A DNA stretch of 64,000 bases from Trichoplax adhaerens. Its lineage: Eukaryota; Animalia; Placozoa. Within the stretch, counting starts at the first letter, position 1; each line of letters starts with the position of its first letter. The notes below the pieces were generated by a model that did no database searches, was not told where the DNA came from, and saw only the letters and a program-made list of their open reading frames with translations. Both the position numbers and the translations under genes were made by a program. Positions 41,572 through 55,700 of this stretch are shown piece by piece. The stretch covers positions 191,235 to 255,234 of the forward strand of contig NW_002060977.1 of the NCBI RefSeq assembly GCF_000150275.1, in the 5' to 3' direction.

Positions 41572-42521
41572 ATAATTAAGACCTAATTCTTCGTTACGTT
41601 GGGAATAGGGTTGGTACCCGTTAGAAATTGTGCACAATTGATAAATTGCAGTAGTTGCGAATTCATTACGCTTCTATTCATTAATATCTTAGATTGTCTC
41701 TAGATAGTTTCGTATGAGAGAATGTTGAAACAGGTTTGTTGCTCTCTGTGTTACAGTAAAATGCAGAGAACACATGTTAGTAACTCTGAAGATTTAGATC
41801 ATATTATATCGTACGTAATGATCAATTGCGATCATTGCATAATTGATTTGTTTGGAATTTAAATCGCTAGTTAGCGTTAAGGCTGACTGTTATGAATTCG
41901 CTTTATCGTTAATAAATTTAGATGTTTTTTGCATGTTAAGAGTATCTTTGATCTAATACTATTGTCATATTACTATGGATGTAAGTTGGATGTGAATTCG
42001 TTAGTCGATTTCCATTAACGACTGTGGGGTTTTTAGACGACGATAATGAAGATGTAAGCTGATTACCATGAATATGGAGGATAAAGTTTAAGATGAAGAT
42101 TGTCTTACTTTAAGTATAAAATGTTAGATTGCTAGCTTATTAATTGGGCTAAATGCCTCCGTCTAAATGTGCTAGTGCTCACTATTAATTAATACATATG
42201 CACCTTCTTATAATTGTTATAACACCAAGTCTATAAAAATGTCTGTTAATTCTTTAAAGCCTAGAATTTAATTGTTTTGTACAGAAAAGCTTGGCAAATG
42301 TATAAAAGAGAGTACTTTTATTACTTTGGGAGAGATGCAATTGCAGTTACTGAGTAGAATATGCTACCATCGATAAAGATCACATTATATAATTACCAAA
42401 TAGCTTCTAGTCTGTAATTTACTGTTGCACAAGGTCATACATTAGATAAGTGAAGTTAGTGACACTTAGCAGTAGTAATATAGAGTGAAAGAAACAAATG
42501 GTAGTACAATAGGGAAGAATT

Positions 42522-42990
42522 TACTCTAGCCGAATACATATACTGAAAGACTTCTAGAAAGAACAATCAGATAATCTAATGTCTCCTGCTTTTATACTCT
42601 TCATAGCCTTCGCAGCTAAAATCGGCATAGTAGCATTTCACCATATTTTACACATACTCAGCTTATTATTAGTCACAATATTTTCCAGCAAACCATCATC
42701 AATCCAGTATGAAAATGATTACAGTATTTTCATAGATATTATTCCTATCATCCAAAATACAATGAACTAAGCAAATCCTAATATATGGTTTACAATTCTA
42801 TTTCTACCTTTAACCTTATTAGCAGCTCAAAATCTTACGGCATATAGTCATCTGCACTCTAGCATAGAGTCTATCCTTACAGTCTATAATTATGGACTAC
42901 TAAATATATCATAAGATAAATATAAGAAAGACACTATTGTACATTATTCTAAACATGGCTAATAATCGACAATCACAATACTAAGTTACA
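42522..42990 (-). mobile_element. Truncated, diverged family C copy
   Basis: Aligns to about 20826-21289 (TACTCTAGCCGAATAC...CTAAGTTACA) with many substitutions. Confidence 0.75.
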
Positions 42991-42997
42991 GTAGCCT

Positions 42998-43438
42998 TGT
43001 CACGGTACAAACTACCATGAAGAAATAGCCATCTAAATTTGGTTAATATAATATAGCGATAATATATTACAACTAGTTACTTATAGTAGGAATTACTCTA
43101 ATTATAAATGTGTTACAGTAAATTTAATGCTGTGCTGTAATGTGCTCTGAAATGATTCTGTGAATGGACATATTGTAGTCCGACTGTGAAAAATTAGTTA
43201 GTAGATGTTCTCACCTAAGTATTTTTATTAGATGACTCGTGAATATTAGCTGCTGTAAAAGGGTATATAAGCCCGTCAGATAGTTGAATAAAGCAGTTCT
43301 CAATGTCTAGTTGAGTTTAACGTAGAATCAAAGGCTTCTAAATTCTTGTGAGATAGTTAAGGGATACTGAATCCCGGAGACTATAGTAATTTAGAGATTT
43401 GTTTTACGTTATCCTTGTCACGAAGCTGGTTTGTGGCA
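42998..43438 (+). mobile_element. Solo-LTR-like element, family B
   Basis: TGTCACGGTAC...TTTGTGGCA; perfect TSD AGCCT. Contains GGGTATATAAG then GAATAAAG. Confidence 0.9.
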
Positions 43439-43519
43439 AGCCTGTTAGCCATTATATGTCGCTGTTTGGAGAACTAATCCAAGTAAAAAAGGTCTCCTAA
43501 AATTTATTGAAATGCATAC

Positions 43520-43690
43520 TGTTACGGAGCAAAGCATCGTTCTTGCTAATTAAATAGATTTTGTCAGTATTTAGCTAATGGATCATATTGGTAATCCTTA
43601 GTAGTTAAACGAATCTAACTTCTGTAATAAAGTGAAATTTGCAAGAAACTGTAGTTCTTGATTTATTGTTTTGAAGATCACTTTATCACA
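43520..43690 (+). mobile_element. 171-bp chimeric LTR remnant (D 5' end fused to F 3' end)
   Basis: 43520-43595 is the reverse complement of about 61146-61220; 43596-43690 is the reverse complement of about 20443-20538. Confidence 0.75.
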
Positions 43691-43849
43691 CAAAATAATG
43701 AAAATAACTTCCAATAATTTGTTAAAATTTAACAAACGCCAAACTCAACATACTTTAAGTTAAGCCTCATAGCTGTAAAATAAGACTGGATGGGTTGCAA
43801 TTTAAGTATTTTTATTAATCGCGTTTTTGTTTATATTTTTGTAAGACAG

Positions 43850-44325
43850 TGTAGTATTGTAGTCTAAGTTGATCATATATTTAGTAATGTATACCGTAGG
43901 TATTGTATTCAACATGTGATAGATATTCTCGTTAGTGGCTTAAGTATTAAATATAGCTAGCTTAGTTACTGTAATCCTTTTGAAGAGGAGCGCTACCGTG
44001 TCCACGCTAGAGCTTCACTTGATAGGTGTCAACTATCCTGTATTTGAGATGCTAATACTGAAAAGTGTAGTAAGTAAGGTGCTAAGACTGTAAACGCGGA
44101 AAAGTATATAAGCGAGTAGTTTAGTATAGTAAGATAGTTCTTTCTCGTTAGAGATCCTCAGCTAATCGATTACGTTGTATCTTCGCAAACGAGGTTTTGT
44201 TCAATAAATGTTAATTTTCTAAAGTTTTGAAGATTCTTGATCTATCAATCTTACAACTTTTTATGGTTTCCTAGCAAGTAGCGAAAAAGATTTACATTGA
44301 TCTTACAGAATATCATACTATTACA
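43850..44325 (+). mobile_element. Solo-LTR-like element, family H, 4-bp TSD
   Basis: TGTAGTA...TATTACA; TSD ACAG; GTATATAAG near 44104 and AATAAA near 44203. Single copy. Confidence 0.65.
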
Positions 44326-44359
44326 ACAGTTTTGACTTAGTACAACAAAGCCTTCATAG

Positions 44360-44954
44360 TTTCACAAAACCCTTTTGCAACAAAGTAACAACTTTATAAT
44401 CTATAAATCATATCTCTGAATTAGATATCAAGCAAACAGTATTCTCTATATCCGGAATGCTAATCCAAAAGACAAGACTCAAAGGCCTTCTAAGTCTACA
44501 TTAAATGCAAATTCTCAAGAACACTCCCATTATTGCAAGATAGACTACCGGTATACGACGATTTACATATTTTTTTAGAGTTGCTAAGGAGTTTTATTTA
44601 GTCCTATTAGTATGGCAGTCTTCGTATGAAGACAGTATCATTTACAAGTATTGATATTTAAAGACTAATATAAGAGAATTAGATTACATTATTTTCATAT
44701 ATGAAATATTCTTGAGTTAGCGTATAGTAATCTACCATAACTTTGTTACAATCACGATGACTCGAACTATCAGTAGTTTTATTTTTAGCTTCTTTATAAT
44801 ATTTATTAACAACAGTGCCACAATCTTACAACACATCAGTGCTATATTGAAGCTTGACATGTCTAAACTAGAAGCAGAATAAATAAGGTTAAGGTAATAA
44901 AATTGCTTTATATTACAAAAACTATTCTAACCTCTATATTGTGGTGTCGTAACA
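44360..44954 (-). mobile_element. Old diverged relative of LTR family A
   Basis: Patchy collinear similarity to the minus-strand family A copy (TCACAAAAC..TTTGCAACAA; ACAATCACGATGACTCGAACT; CAGTGCTATATT). No clean TSD. Confidence 0.6.
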
Positions 44955-46743
44955 CTTTAACGAATAGTTTGATTTCAGAGTTAATTATGACTATGGAAAA
45001 TTACTAAAAATAAATGCGATTGTTTAGTTTATCGGAATAATAGCCTGTAAACAAGTTTCTTTGTAAGTTTGAAACTTTAAAGCATTAGAGAGGCTTCTAT
45101 TTGAAGCAGTATCCAGTATCTCATAGTCTTAGTTTCGTATTAGACACTATTTGCTTTTATAAACTTGCTAGTGTTGACTTAAGTGATAATTTTAGTCTAT
45201 ACGCTTTCATCCTCGAAGTATCATTTGTAAATAAATTTTAATTTAATTGAATATCGCTCAGTTATATTCTACAACAATATACCTTTTATCTAAATATAGT
45301 TGTAAAAATTATTGTCTCCTTGGTCTTTAGTTTTCTTTTGACCCAAGTAATTGTAATAATTAATCACTGAAAAGCTGTACGTAAGGATCAATAGAAAATT
45401 CATAAGTATAAAAAGAAAAGCTGTAGCTATTGTACCCTTAGTTTATTTGTATCTATATTTTAGCGTGACTTATTCTATTTATTAATATTGATTGATATGC
45501 CAAAATTTTAAACCGTATCTATTTGTATTTCTGATGACCTGCAATCGTTCTAATCAAAGTATTGATAACATGAGCTGATATTAATTATCAGCTTGTCCTC
45601 TATTTTAATTAGTTAGACTTTTTGATTAAAAATAGATCAAATAGATTGATTACATGTATAGTTTAAATAATCTACATATTAATAATGCAACCTAAATCAT
45701 GGAGGTAGTATCGCCTTATTGGTAACAGTCTTCAAATAATTAGTATCAGAGAAGTAAACTACCAAATAGGTATTCTTTCTATCCATCATGTGATACATTT
45801 TAAAATTTTATTGTTACGATCCGATAATAACGTCCCATTTATGTAATTTAAGTAAGAATGTATATGATCGTTCAATTGATACTGAACATAGATAAACGAT
45901 GACTTAAATGTTGGCTACAATCTATAAACTATAATAATCGTATGATACAAATATAATGCTTATATTCTGCTACTACCAAAGATTATCGTCAACTTTCGCA
46001 TTTACAGCTGAACAATTTTGCTCTTTGATAATTATATTTTAGGATAAATGATACAAGATTGGTAAAATCTCCGTTGGAATAATTATCAGTCCGACTTAAA
46101 TTCAAATTCGTAAGTAATGTTATATCCTGGTTATTTAAAAGCAGTCTTAATAAACTAGATACCATACCAAGATATGTATCTAAATCACAAGTTTCTATAA
46201 AAATACTGGATTTCATCAATATAAATAGAATAGATCAGCAAATTTAAATTTGATCATTTAAAATTATCCTAACTGGCTGATAAAAAGCAGTATATTTGTA
46301 TCAGTACATGATATTATCTCCAAAATAATCAAACAAGAACTACATTTTCATTGAAAATTCAATTTATTCGAAAGTTCGGTTCGCCTCATAACTACCAAGA
46401 ACTATGTAGCTCAATGAATTAAATAGACGCTTCCACGATATAACGTACAAATTAAACTGTTCTATTGCAATCTTAAAATCTTGTCACAGTTATATTCAAA
46501 ATTGCATTACACTGTACTATTTGTATTTGTTTCTCTTAAATTTTAAATCTTGAAGTATAAGCTGTTTCTGATATTGACTTGGTATAGTCAGTTCAGATTA
46601 GGCTAATGTAGCAAAGAAAAGCTGTAGTCAATTTATGTAACCGACATGAAATTTTATCGCTTAAAACTATTTTGTGTTTTACTACTACAATTTGCAAACC
46701 TGGTAATTTGAAAAACTTGTACGAATGAACATCAAAGTATGAA

Positions 46744-49700
46744 ATGGCTCTTAAAATAATCATAGCTGGTGGTTTCGTATTATACCTTACTTTCAGTATA
46801 ATGGGTAAGTCTAGGAATAATTTTGATGTTTTCGAGAATTGTAAAGAAATTAATCAAATATGTCAGGTTGAAGCAAAAATTTATTTTGTTGTTTGCGGAA
46901 TTGTATCATAACCTTCATTTACGGTAAAGATTTCGTAAAAGAATCCTAGTGTAGGTACAATAATTCGGGCTAATTCTCTGGTAGTTTTCTGTCTCTATGC
47001 GAACGGTAAATGAGAACTCGGTTTCTCGGCTGTATCTCACAAACAACTGATTAATCGCTATACTTTTCTTCACATTACTGTATGACTTTTGCACGCTTCT
47101 TAAGGAATTATTGTTTTATTTTACAATCAAACGCGCTTAAATAGATTTCTACGGCGAATTACGGTGTTGACTGGCATGAATACATATTATACAAACTATA
47201 TTAATAGATTTATACAATTACTAAATAGATACGAGTATGTAGATATTCTGGATCTTAGGGCGTTCAAACACTCCTTCTTCGTCCATGTACGCTTCAATTA
47301 TATTGTTATAGCCTGGCATACCTTTGAATCTCTAGTAAATTAATCCGTAACAGTTTGTATTTTTATATCACAATTCTACTACTTTAGTATTAACTACAAG
47401 TCTAGCAAATTAAACAAACGCATGACCTTGTCTAGACTACTCAAAGATATTCATTATTCCGCTAATCAATAATCACTTGACCTGTAACGTAGTATCGTAA
47501 CAGCTTGAAGTAGCGATACTGTGCTAAACCATATGAAATTAGATCGTGTTATAAACGGCGTGATGCCGATTTAAATTGAAACATTCCTTGAAAACAGGTC
47601 AATTATTTGGCTTGAGTTATGTTTAATTTTGGTCAGATCTACATTTATCATTAAATAGGGAGTAATAAATGTTTTTTTAAACGGCATGATGCTGGTTTAA
47701 GTTGAAAAATTTCCTTAAAATATCATTAGTCACTTGACTGGGGTTATATTTAATTATAGTCTGTTTTACATAATGCGAGTTTAGTCTTTCGCGTTTTGAT
47801 TTGATTTAATTTAAGATAGAATTGTGACAATCTACAATGAATCTATCAGAATATTTTTATTGATAGTGAATCACAACCATTCACATTTATGAGTAATAAA
47901 AAATACAAAATAATATATAGCGTAATTAGTCGAATAGAGAAATTACTGATATTTTGTTATTGTAATATTTGCAAATATTATATTCTTAACGATCGAGGCC
48001 AATAAGTACCAGTAGCAGTAATAGAAACATTAATTCAATGTAAAAAAGGAGAATGTCCTTTAGACCTTAAGATAGATTACCGGCACTTGATGACAGTTGA
48101 TAATAGATAGAGAAAAATAATAACTAGATAAAATAAAGTATTGGGTTTAAATGAAACATTGCGCGACTGATCAATATCAATTGAAAGCCATTAATGCTTT
48201 TAAGAAATTAATATCCATTTCAGGATCTATATCCATTGGAAGTTGCTAAAAAGTAAATTCCATAGCCGCATTCTATGGAAGAAATGCGGAATAGAATTAT
48301 ATGTGTTTGGAATGGAACAGCTGTAACGCTACTTTATATTTGGAAGATTTATTTTGTTAACAATCTTAACTAGGTGTTTTGATATCAGATGGACTAGCAA
48401 TGTGATTCATATCTAATATTTATACAGCAAACTACTTTTATTAGTGATATCTTTATGGGCAAAATTACAATATATGATTGACGTGCAGTTTCTGGTTAAC
48501 AGCATTACTTTAATTGTGAAGTTTCATTGCACATTAGTGATATGATGGACTTTTTACGATATTAAGCTTTAGGATTTTTCAATTTAAGAGCAACACGAAA
48601 TTTATTAAGTATGTTGAACTTGTTATAATTTCTAGAGTCTGTAACACATTTGGTGACTAAAATACAGACACATACTTTCACTTTGGAAGTGTAATGTTTG
48701 AGATTAGGGCTTCGGTAACATGATTAATTCAAAACATTCCTGCCTTATGTTGTTCGCCATAAACTTATAGTTATTTCCTTGATTGATGTGATAGGATACT
48801 CGTTTAAGTATTATTGTTTCCTACTTATAAAAGTGCCAATATCAGTGATAAATTTTAATTCAGTTCTCAAGCTATAGTGGACTCTTTTAAAGTTGCCTAG
48901 TATATGCTTAAAACAGTAATAATACTGGTCAATATAGTTTATGATCTTATAAATTTTTTGACATTATATTCTACGTTAAACTGTCAAATTATACATCTTG
49001 GGTTGTAGACTATTAGCCATATTTAGTATGAGATACTGTGATGTTTCGGAAGGTTTAGAATAGATAAAGCGTGCAAGTTTGCAATGTAAGTAGCAGAACT
49101 AACTAACGAGATAGATGCAAGATTAGCGCTTTTATAATGTAAGAAGCCTAGCAGGAGGAAATTATTCATAAAACACGAACGACTATTAAAGATAGCTTAA
49201 TTTTATAGTAGGTTAGTTCTACGATACAATCAAGCTAAAGTATAAGAGATTTTTTCACAGTATGAATAGTTAGACGTAGATGTAGATTACATAAATAAGG
49301 ATTTACGTTGCAGTCTATGTGGAAAATTAACTTTATTAAGAATAGATTACATCATGCCGGTTTTTAGAAGTATACACTACAGCTACGATAGTGCGCTTTT
49401 TCTGCATTTATCCCAATGAAATGTAGTAACTGATACCCTTTGCATGTAATTAACGAATCAATATTGGAGTACGAATGATCATGTCTATCAGAATGTTGAG
49501 TCACTATTGAAGCTAGACACAAAATTAGTTATAAAACTTATATATAATTGGTGAGTCGTACTTTGTCTAATAAAATACTGCCTACATAAATGCTGTAGCT
49601 GCTATCATATAGAATTATATGTGGCACACCGTGAAATCTTATCGCTAATAACGATCCGAACATGTGCAAAATTAGATAGAATGTTGTTATACTTATTGCA

Positions 49701-52700
49701 GCTATGAATGTTAGGGAAAACATATAAACAACCGATTTTATATTATTCAGTATTTCTTTTTTAAAGTCTTTCCAGTAGTTGTATACAGATAAAGTAAAGC
49801 TATGTGCAGTTTATCTTTGCATAAAGATCAAATAGAGTTCTAATTTCTACGAATTTTAGAATTTTGTGTTTGGTTTTATCGCATATACTTTCAGTTGTCA
49901 AGTATACTAATGCTTTTGTGAACTAACTAGAACATTATTTATGCTGCTTTGATTAAATTTTGACTATAGACAGTAAAGATACAGCGATCATATCTTGGAT
50001 CAGTTATTTAAATTAAGCTATAAATTTACATTTTTAGTCCTGTATTACTAATTGAATAAATCATTGCACTTTTGGATAAAAATTATTAGCGAAAGCAGCC
50101 GAAAGTACTGAAAAACCTAAAACAATCCATGTTGGTGGAATTAACTGGACTGTCTATGATAATTTTATCGAAAATCTTTGCAATGGGCAACCAATATCTG
50201 AATCTAAAAATGTGTAAGTTTGATTTATCATGATAATGATAACATAAAAGGCGAATATTATTTTGTGCTAGCTTAACCGGTTGTTGAAACTGCTATTGTA
50301 ACATAAGCGACTAACGAATATTACCAGATCGATCACCAGGAAATTCCTCAATCATCTAATTGATTAAGCCAAGCACTGAAGTAGTTAACTAAGTCTATGA
50401 GCGTTTATAAACCCAGACAACTAAGTACTAGATCGTCTTTATAATTAGTATCCTATGTTTCACAAAAAACAGCCAACAGCGGTGTATGGTGACATATTTA
50501 ACAATTTATATTCATTTCCCGCGTACAATTTATTAGATTAATGACCCTATTTCAGACACTGCTAAGCTTTAAGTATAAAGAAATTTCTACTAATTCTGCA
50601 GTTCTTAATAGATAGACACTTCATCTGCATATATAATTGGCATCATGAAATAGCTTATCGGCAACAACTCCCTAAGAGTACAAAAATATTTTATTAACTT
50701 TTTTATATTTGAAAAAACATTAGTGTTTATCCCCACATCAAAAGCTGTAGGCATTACTTAGTAGCTACAATTTGTTATCACCAAGTTTATAGTGCATGCC
50801 AATTACCTTCACCATATAAAGCTAGAGATACAAAAGACATGGGTAGCTAAATACCGTATTAGATGTACGTCTATGGCGGTTATCACTCTAGCCTGAGGTT
50901 TTAAACGCTTATTGTATAAATTAGTCTTTATGCTTCATACTTAGACACTTGACTTCAAGTTTAGGATTTAGTCGAGAAGGATAGGAATTTAATTGAATAT
51001 TATCAAGTACTTTATTGAACAATGCTCAAAAAGATCATACTAAATTATGATAAGGTGTCTTCAAAGTCTTTAAACTGAAACTAAAGATACTGAAATTTAG
51101 TTTAGGATTTTATTTAGCTATTAATGAATCTAAATTACTCAAACCACAAATTGTAGGTTCACTAACGAAATTTTTCCCTTTTCGAATTATTTGAATGATT
51201 TGAAAGCTTCGAAAGGTTTAAATTCAACCATGAAGAATTTTACTTAATTTTTCACTTAGGATCTTCAGAAAATTACGGTATAAAACATTGAAAAGAATAA
51301 TTAATTGCGGATCCATCTATAGAATGTATGTAAATTACTCTAATTCGTTGTGATAGTTCCATCTTTATCGCTGAAGCCAGCTTGATTATAATTTATTATC
51401 GGTCCGTTAGATACAATTAATCTATTTTAAAGGTGGAAATGACAGTAAAAAGTAGTGTAATGCTGCGTTCGACCAACTAAACCTAATAAACGTTAGTAAA
51501 GTATTTTTTAATTCTTAAAATAGGATCATTCAAGATGCTATGCTGACTGATATTGAACCAATGGCCTTTGAAATGTGTAAAAACCTCACATTTCTGTAAG
51601 AACTCGTTTATACTTTCTGCAATATTGGCCATGATGATTCATAGAAATGGTTACATTATATAAGTTCCATTATTATCAGCCTATAGAAATTTTAATATAA
51701 TAAAATATAAAATAAATCAAAGGAATTTAGATAAAGCAACAGGAATTTGTGATAATTGAGATTTAACGCTACTGTCAGTTTAAGGCTTTTAAAGCGCCAT
51801 CGTCTGCATGACTGATGAGATTAAATCTACTTTCTTAAATTTTTACTTTTACTAAACCAGCTAATTTACAAAGATATTGATAGTACTACGTATAATTTCT
51901 AATAACACAATATTTTTTATAGTTTCGTCAGTCTATGTAAATACTAAAATTACATCGTTTTCAAGAAAAGTATCTGTAGGAGTTATCAGTAGCAAATGTC
52001 GAGACATGAATTTGTTGCGGACTTTATCTCAAAGAGCTGAGCTCTTTTATTAGGGAAAACGGACTACGAAAATAAGATATAACTGATATTTAAAGTCTTA
52101 CGTTCTTTATTTTATAACCTCATCATTAAGGCAATTCGAAAATAACAATGTCAAGTCTGAATTTATCAACCTTTTGGGTTATCATTCCTCTATAAAATCT
52201 CTGTAAGTTATTTCCAGATATCTTTTTGAGACAGTGTTATATACTGTATTAAAGTAGAAATGTCTATGTTAGAATAATTCTGTTAGCCTATCCTTATTTA
52301 GTTAACTTCTAATTTGGATATACTGTGTTTTAATATAGCACTGACTTTTTATGACACTTATACACATACTGAAATTGATAGTTATAATAGGGAATGCAAA
52401 TCATCTACTTACAGTTCGAATTATTGTGATTGTAATTTACTTATGCTAGATTGTAAATTATCATGGAAATGTTCCGTGATAGGACATATCGTAATCTGAC
52501 TATTCTGTATTAGTCATTACATGTCTATGGTCGTAAATACTGCTGTCTGCATTAAGGGAGCAGTAGCTAAAATTAATATCTAATTCAGTAAATGATTCTA
52601 ATGTTAATTGTATTAACTATGACTCATGAAGTATTGAGGAATAGTATATAAATGCAGTATATCGTGTAATAAAGTGGATTCTGAAACTTAGTGTTAAACG

Positions 52701-55700
52701 TAAAATACGAGGCGTTTAAGTCTTGTGAAGTCTGCTAGTAGAGCAAAAGTGTTTGTGATAGTGCAGATATCGTTCCTTCATACGTGGTTCAAGGAATTGA
52801 CTTATTGATCGTATATTACGTTATCTTGTTGCAAAGCTGTTTTTGTTACAGTTTTTTACAAAAAGAAATTTTCTAATAAATGTAGTTAATACAAAAATCT
52901 TAGCAGTCTTACTACATTATCTAGAAAAATTGGAATATATCAAAGCGATTTATTTTAAAGTTGTAATCAAGTAAATATGATTACAAAACAAATTTGAGAC
53001 TGCTGTTTCGAAAGGAGTTTATTAAATACATATTCGCGAATTCATGGTAGTTGATTAATAATATCCTATCGATAGGTTAAGATTATTAAATTCTTGTAAT
53101 ATATTCTGTTTTAATTTAATCTTATATAGGATTTTCGTTCGGAATAAGCTGCCAAGTAATAATCTTACTAAAGCGTTTGGCTATCTGTCTTCATTACAAC
53201 ATCTGTAATACCAAATTAATTATCGACGAATTTTAGCTTACATAAATAAATTGATATGATTGAATTTAGATATTATTATTTACATAGAGGCATTAAAATA
53301 TGCCTGTACTACCGTACTTATTGGAATCCATATGTATTGATTCAATAATTTTTGTCAATTTAGTCATATCTCCTATAATGTATTCAGAGAAAAAACTCTA
53401 GATATTAGCTTATTGCCGGACTGTGGGACATCAGAAATCGCGATGTTAGTAGAAGTCGTGTTTTAATAGTCATTATATTTATCGCTTGCCAGAAATTCAT
53501 CACAGATGCCGCCCATTATTTTATGCATTAGCAATATTTCTGTTATATCACTTTGATATTCAAAAAATTTCGGGTTTTCTCCTTCCAGAGACCTACATAA
53601 CAGTGATATAATGATAATTGGCAGAAATCTATTTAAGAAAAAGCATAGCGTCATGCGTCTGTAATTACAAATGAAATTCATAACTCCATTACATTACTCT
53701 AAAGATTGCAAAATTTTTCATTTCATAATTGGTAAATCTCTGAGAATTGATAAATATCTGTCAATATTTTAAAAATGGAACGATTTACTTTTGGTTATAG
53801 GAATTTAAATCATAATCGGATAAGAAGTCTTCTTTATCAGACCTTCATTGGTCTATCATCATTAAAAGTTTTGTAGGTTTATTCTTTCAATCCCTCTGCA
53901 TACGTATTCTAAAGCTAGTGTTACTAATTCTCTTCTCTTATTATACATAATTATAGAAATATGACTGGAAATCGGATCAAGTATATATTTAAAAACGCCT
54001 TCCTTCCTCTGCAGAATCTCAATGTCCTGTAAGACAACCGAGGCAGAATTTACTCATTCTATTTATTATACAAAAAGTCATATTAAGAGATAATTCAGTG
54101 TTTGAATGATATCAATTGTAGTATATACCTTTAAACTGTTCTTAAATTTGCATTACTTGTTCGAGATTAAATCATAACAAATTGAAAGTATCAGATCTTT
54201 GTGAAGATTTTACTATGCATGTAATATGTGTTACATTCATGAATTATTAAAATTACCTTAGTATCAATTCCTCTATGTACTTATATAAAGATGCCTCTGC
54301 TTTTAACTATTATTATTACCTGAAGATTATAATGGAAATATATTTGGTACATTTCTGTAGTAAATTATGAAATAGTTAGACGTGCAGTATTCAGAAGCTG
54401 ATGAAGAGACGCTTTGAGTAATAAATTTACTATTCTTAATTAATATTATAGGCCATAATTGATAACCTACCAACTGTATTCATGTTACATAAAGTTAAGA
54501 ACTTAACGTAGTAGCTATTAGTCTACCTCAATGGTATAACTGTTGAGAAATGAAAATTATAATAGCACTTCCTCCTGCCTATTTGTATACTGCGATATGG
54601 CATTTAAAGGACTAGTAAATTATTAATAGCCGCTTTGGATTTGTTAATCAGCTTTCATAATTACAAATATTACCATTTTCATGATCATCCATAATCTCAT
54701 CCAACTCCAGTACTATTACCATATTATGATACTGCTTAGTAGAGATGTTAGAGCAGTTTTATCGGCTTAATCTTCTCTAGTCAGTTTCTGATTTAAACAT
54801 ATTATGTATTTATTTGGATATAATACAATCCAACTATCTTGTATTAGTTACTGAGATATCTATGTTTATGAGTAGTGTTGTCTTCGTTAGGTTATGGCAT
54901 TTAAGATCATGATCTAATTAATACATGGTTCAAGACATAACTTAAAAGATTGCTTATTATGTTACTTTGTTACAAATTGATTTCTTGACAATTAATGATT
55001 ACGTATGGTTAAAAATGTTAATTTACGCTTTGGTTAAAGTATGGCTGAGATAGTGACTTAATAATTCTAAAATTGACCAATATAACATTAACTATTCGTA
55101 GCGTAAAAGAAATAGATTAAAATAAATGCAAGTGATTTTACTTATTGAAATTCATAATAATAATTGTTATATTTATTCTAATTTAATTCATGCTTTACTT
55201 ATAGAAATCTAGAGAGCAATGAGATAGTGTCGATATCTCGTGAAATATTTGCTGGATTGCCTATGCTAACTTACCTGTTAGTATCCATATAAGTAACTTT
55301 CTTTTACAGAGTAACTTTTGTGTAGCAACCATAGCACACTTCCAAATCATATGGTAACTTATCTAGGAAATATAAATTAGCTACTAATTGAATAGAATTT
55401 GAGTACATGATTTGATATAAGAGAGAAGTTTAGTTTGCTACAATCTGCTGACGAAGAGGGAATCGTTAAGTATTTAGAGTTATTCTGGAGGTAGATAGCG
55501 TAGACGACAGACCTGATTGCGGCTCGTAGTGCTCAATTACTAGTTCTGATTAAATTTTTTCGATGCAAACTGAGATTTGTTATGCTTATAGGGCGTTGAT
55601 TTTTGGTGAGAGGCAACTCTTCAATTTAGACAGTTAGATAAATAAAGGATCTTGAATATTAATTTAATAATTTGAAATCAATTTATAGCAACATTGGATC

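Noticed and set aside
45989-46219. Minus-strand ORF with a faint LRR flavour (LLTNLNLSRT)
   Set aside because: No 24-aa periodicity and no supporting exon structure.
51157-51246. Possible extra gene 2 exon (FTNEIFPFSNYLNDLK...)
   Set aside because: No phase-2 donor before the stop, and no counterpart in gene 1.
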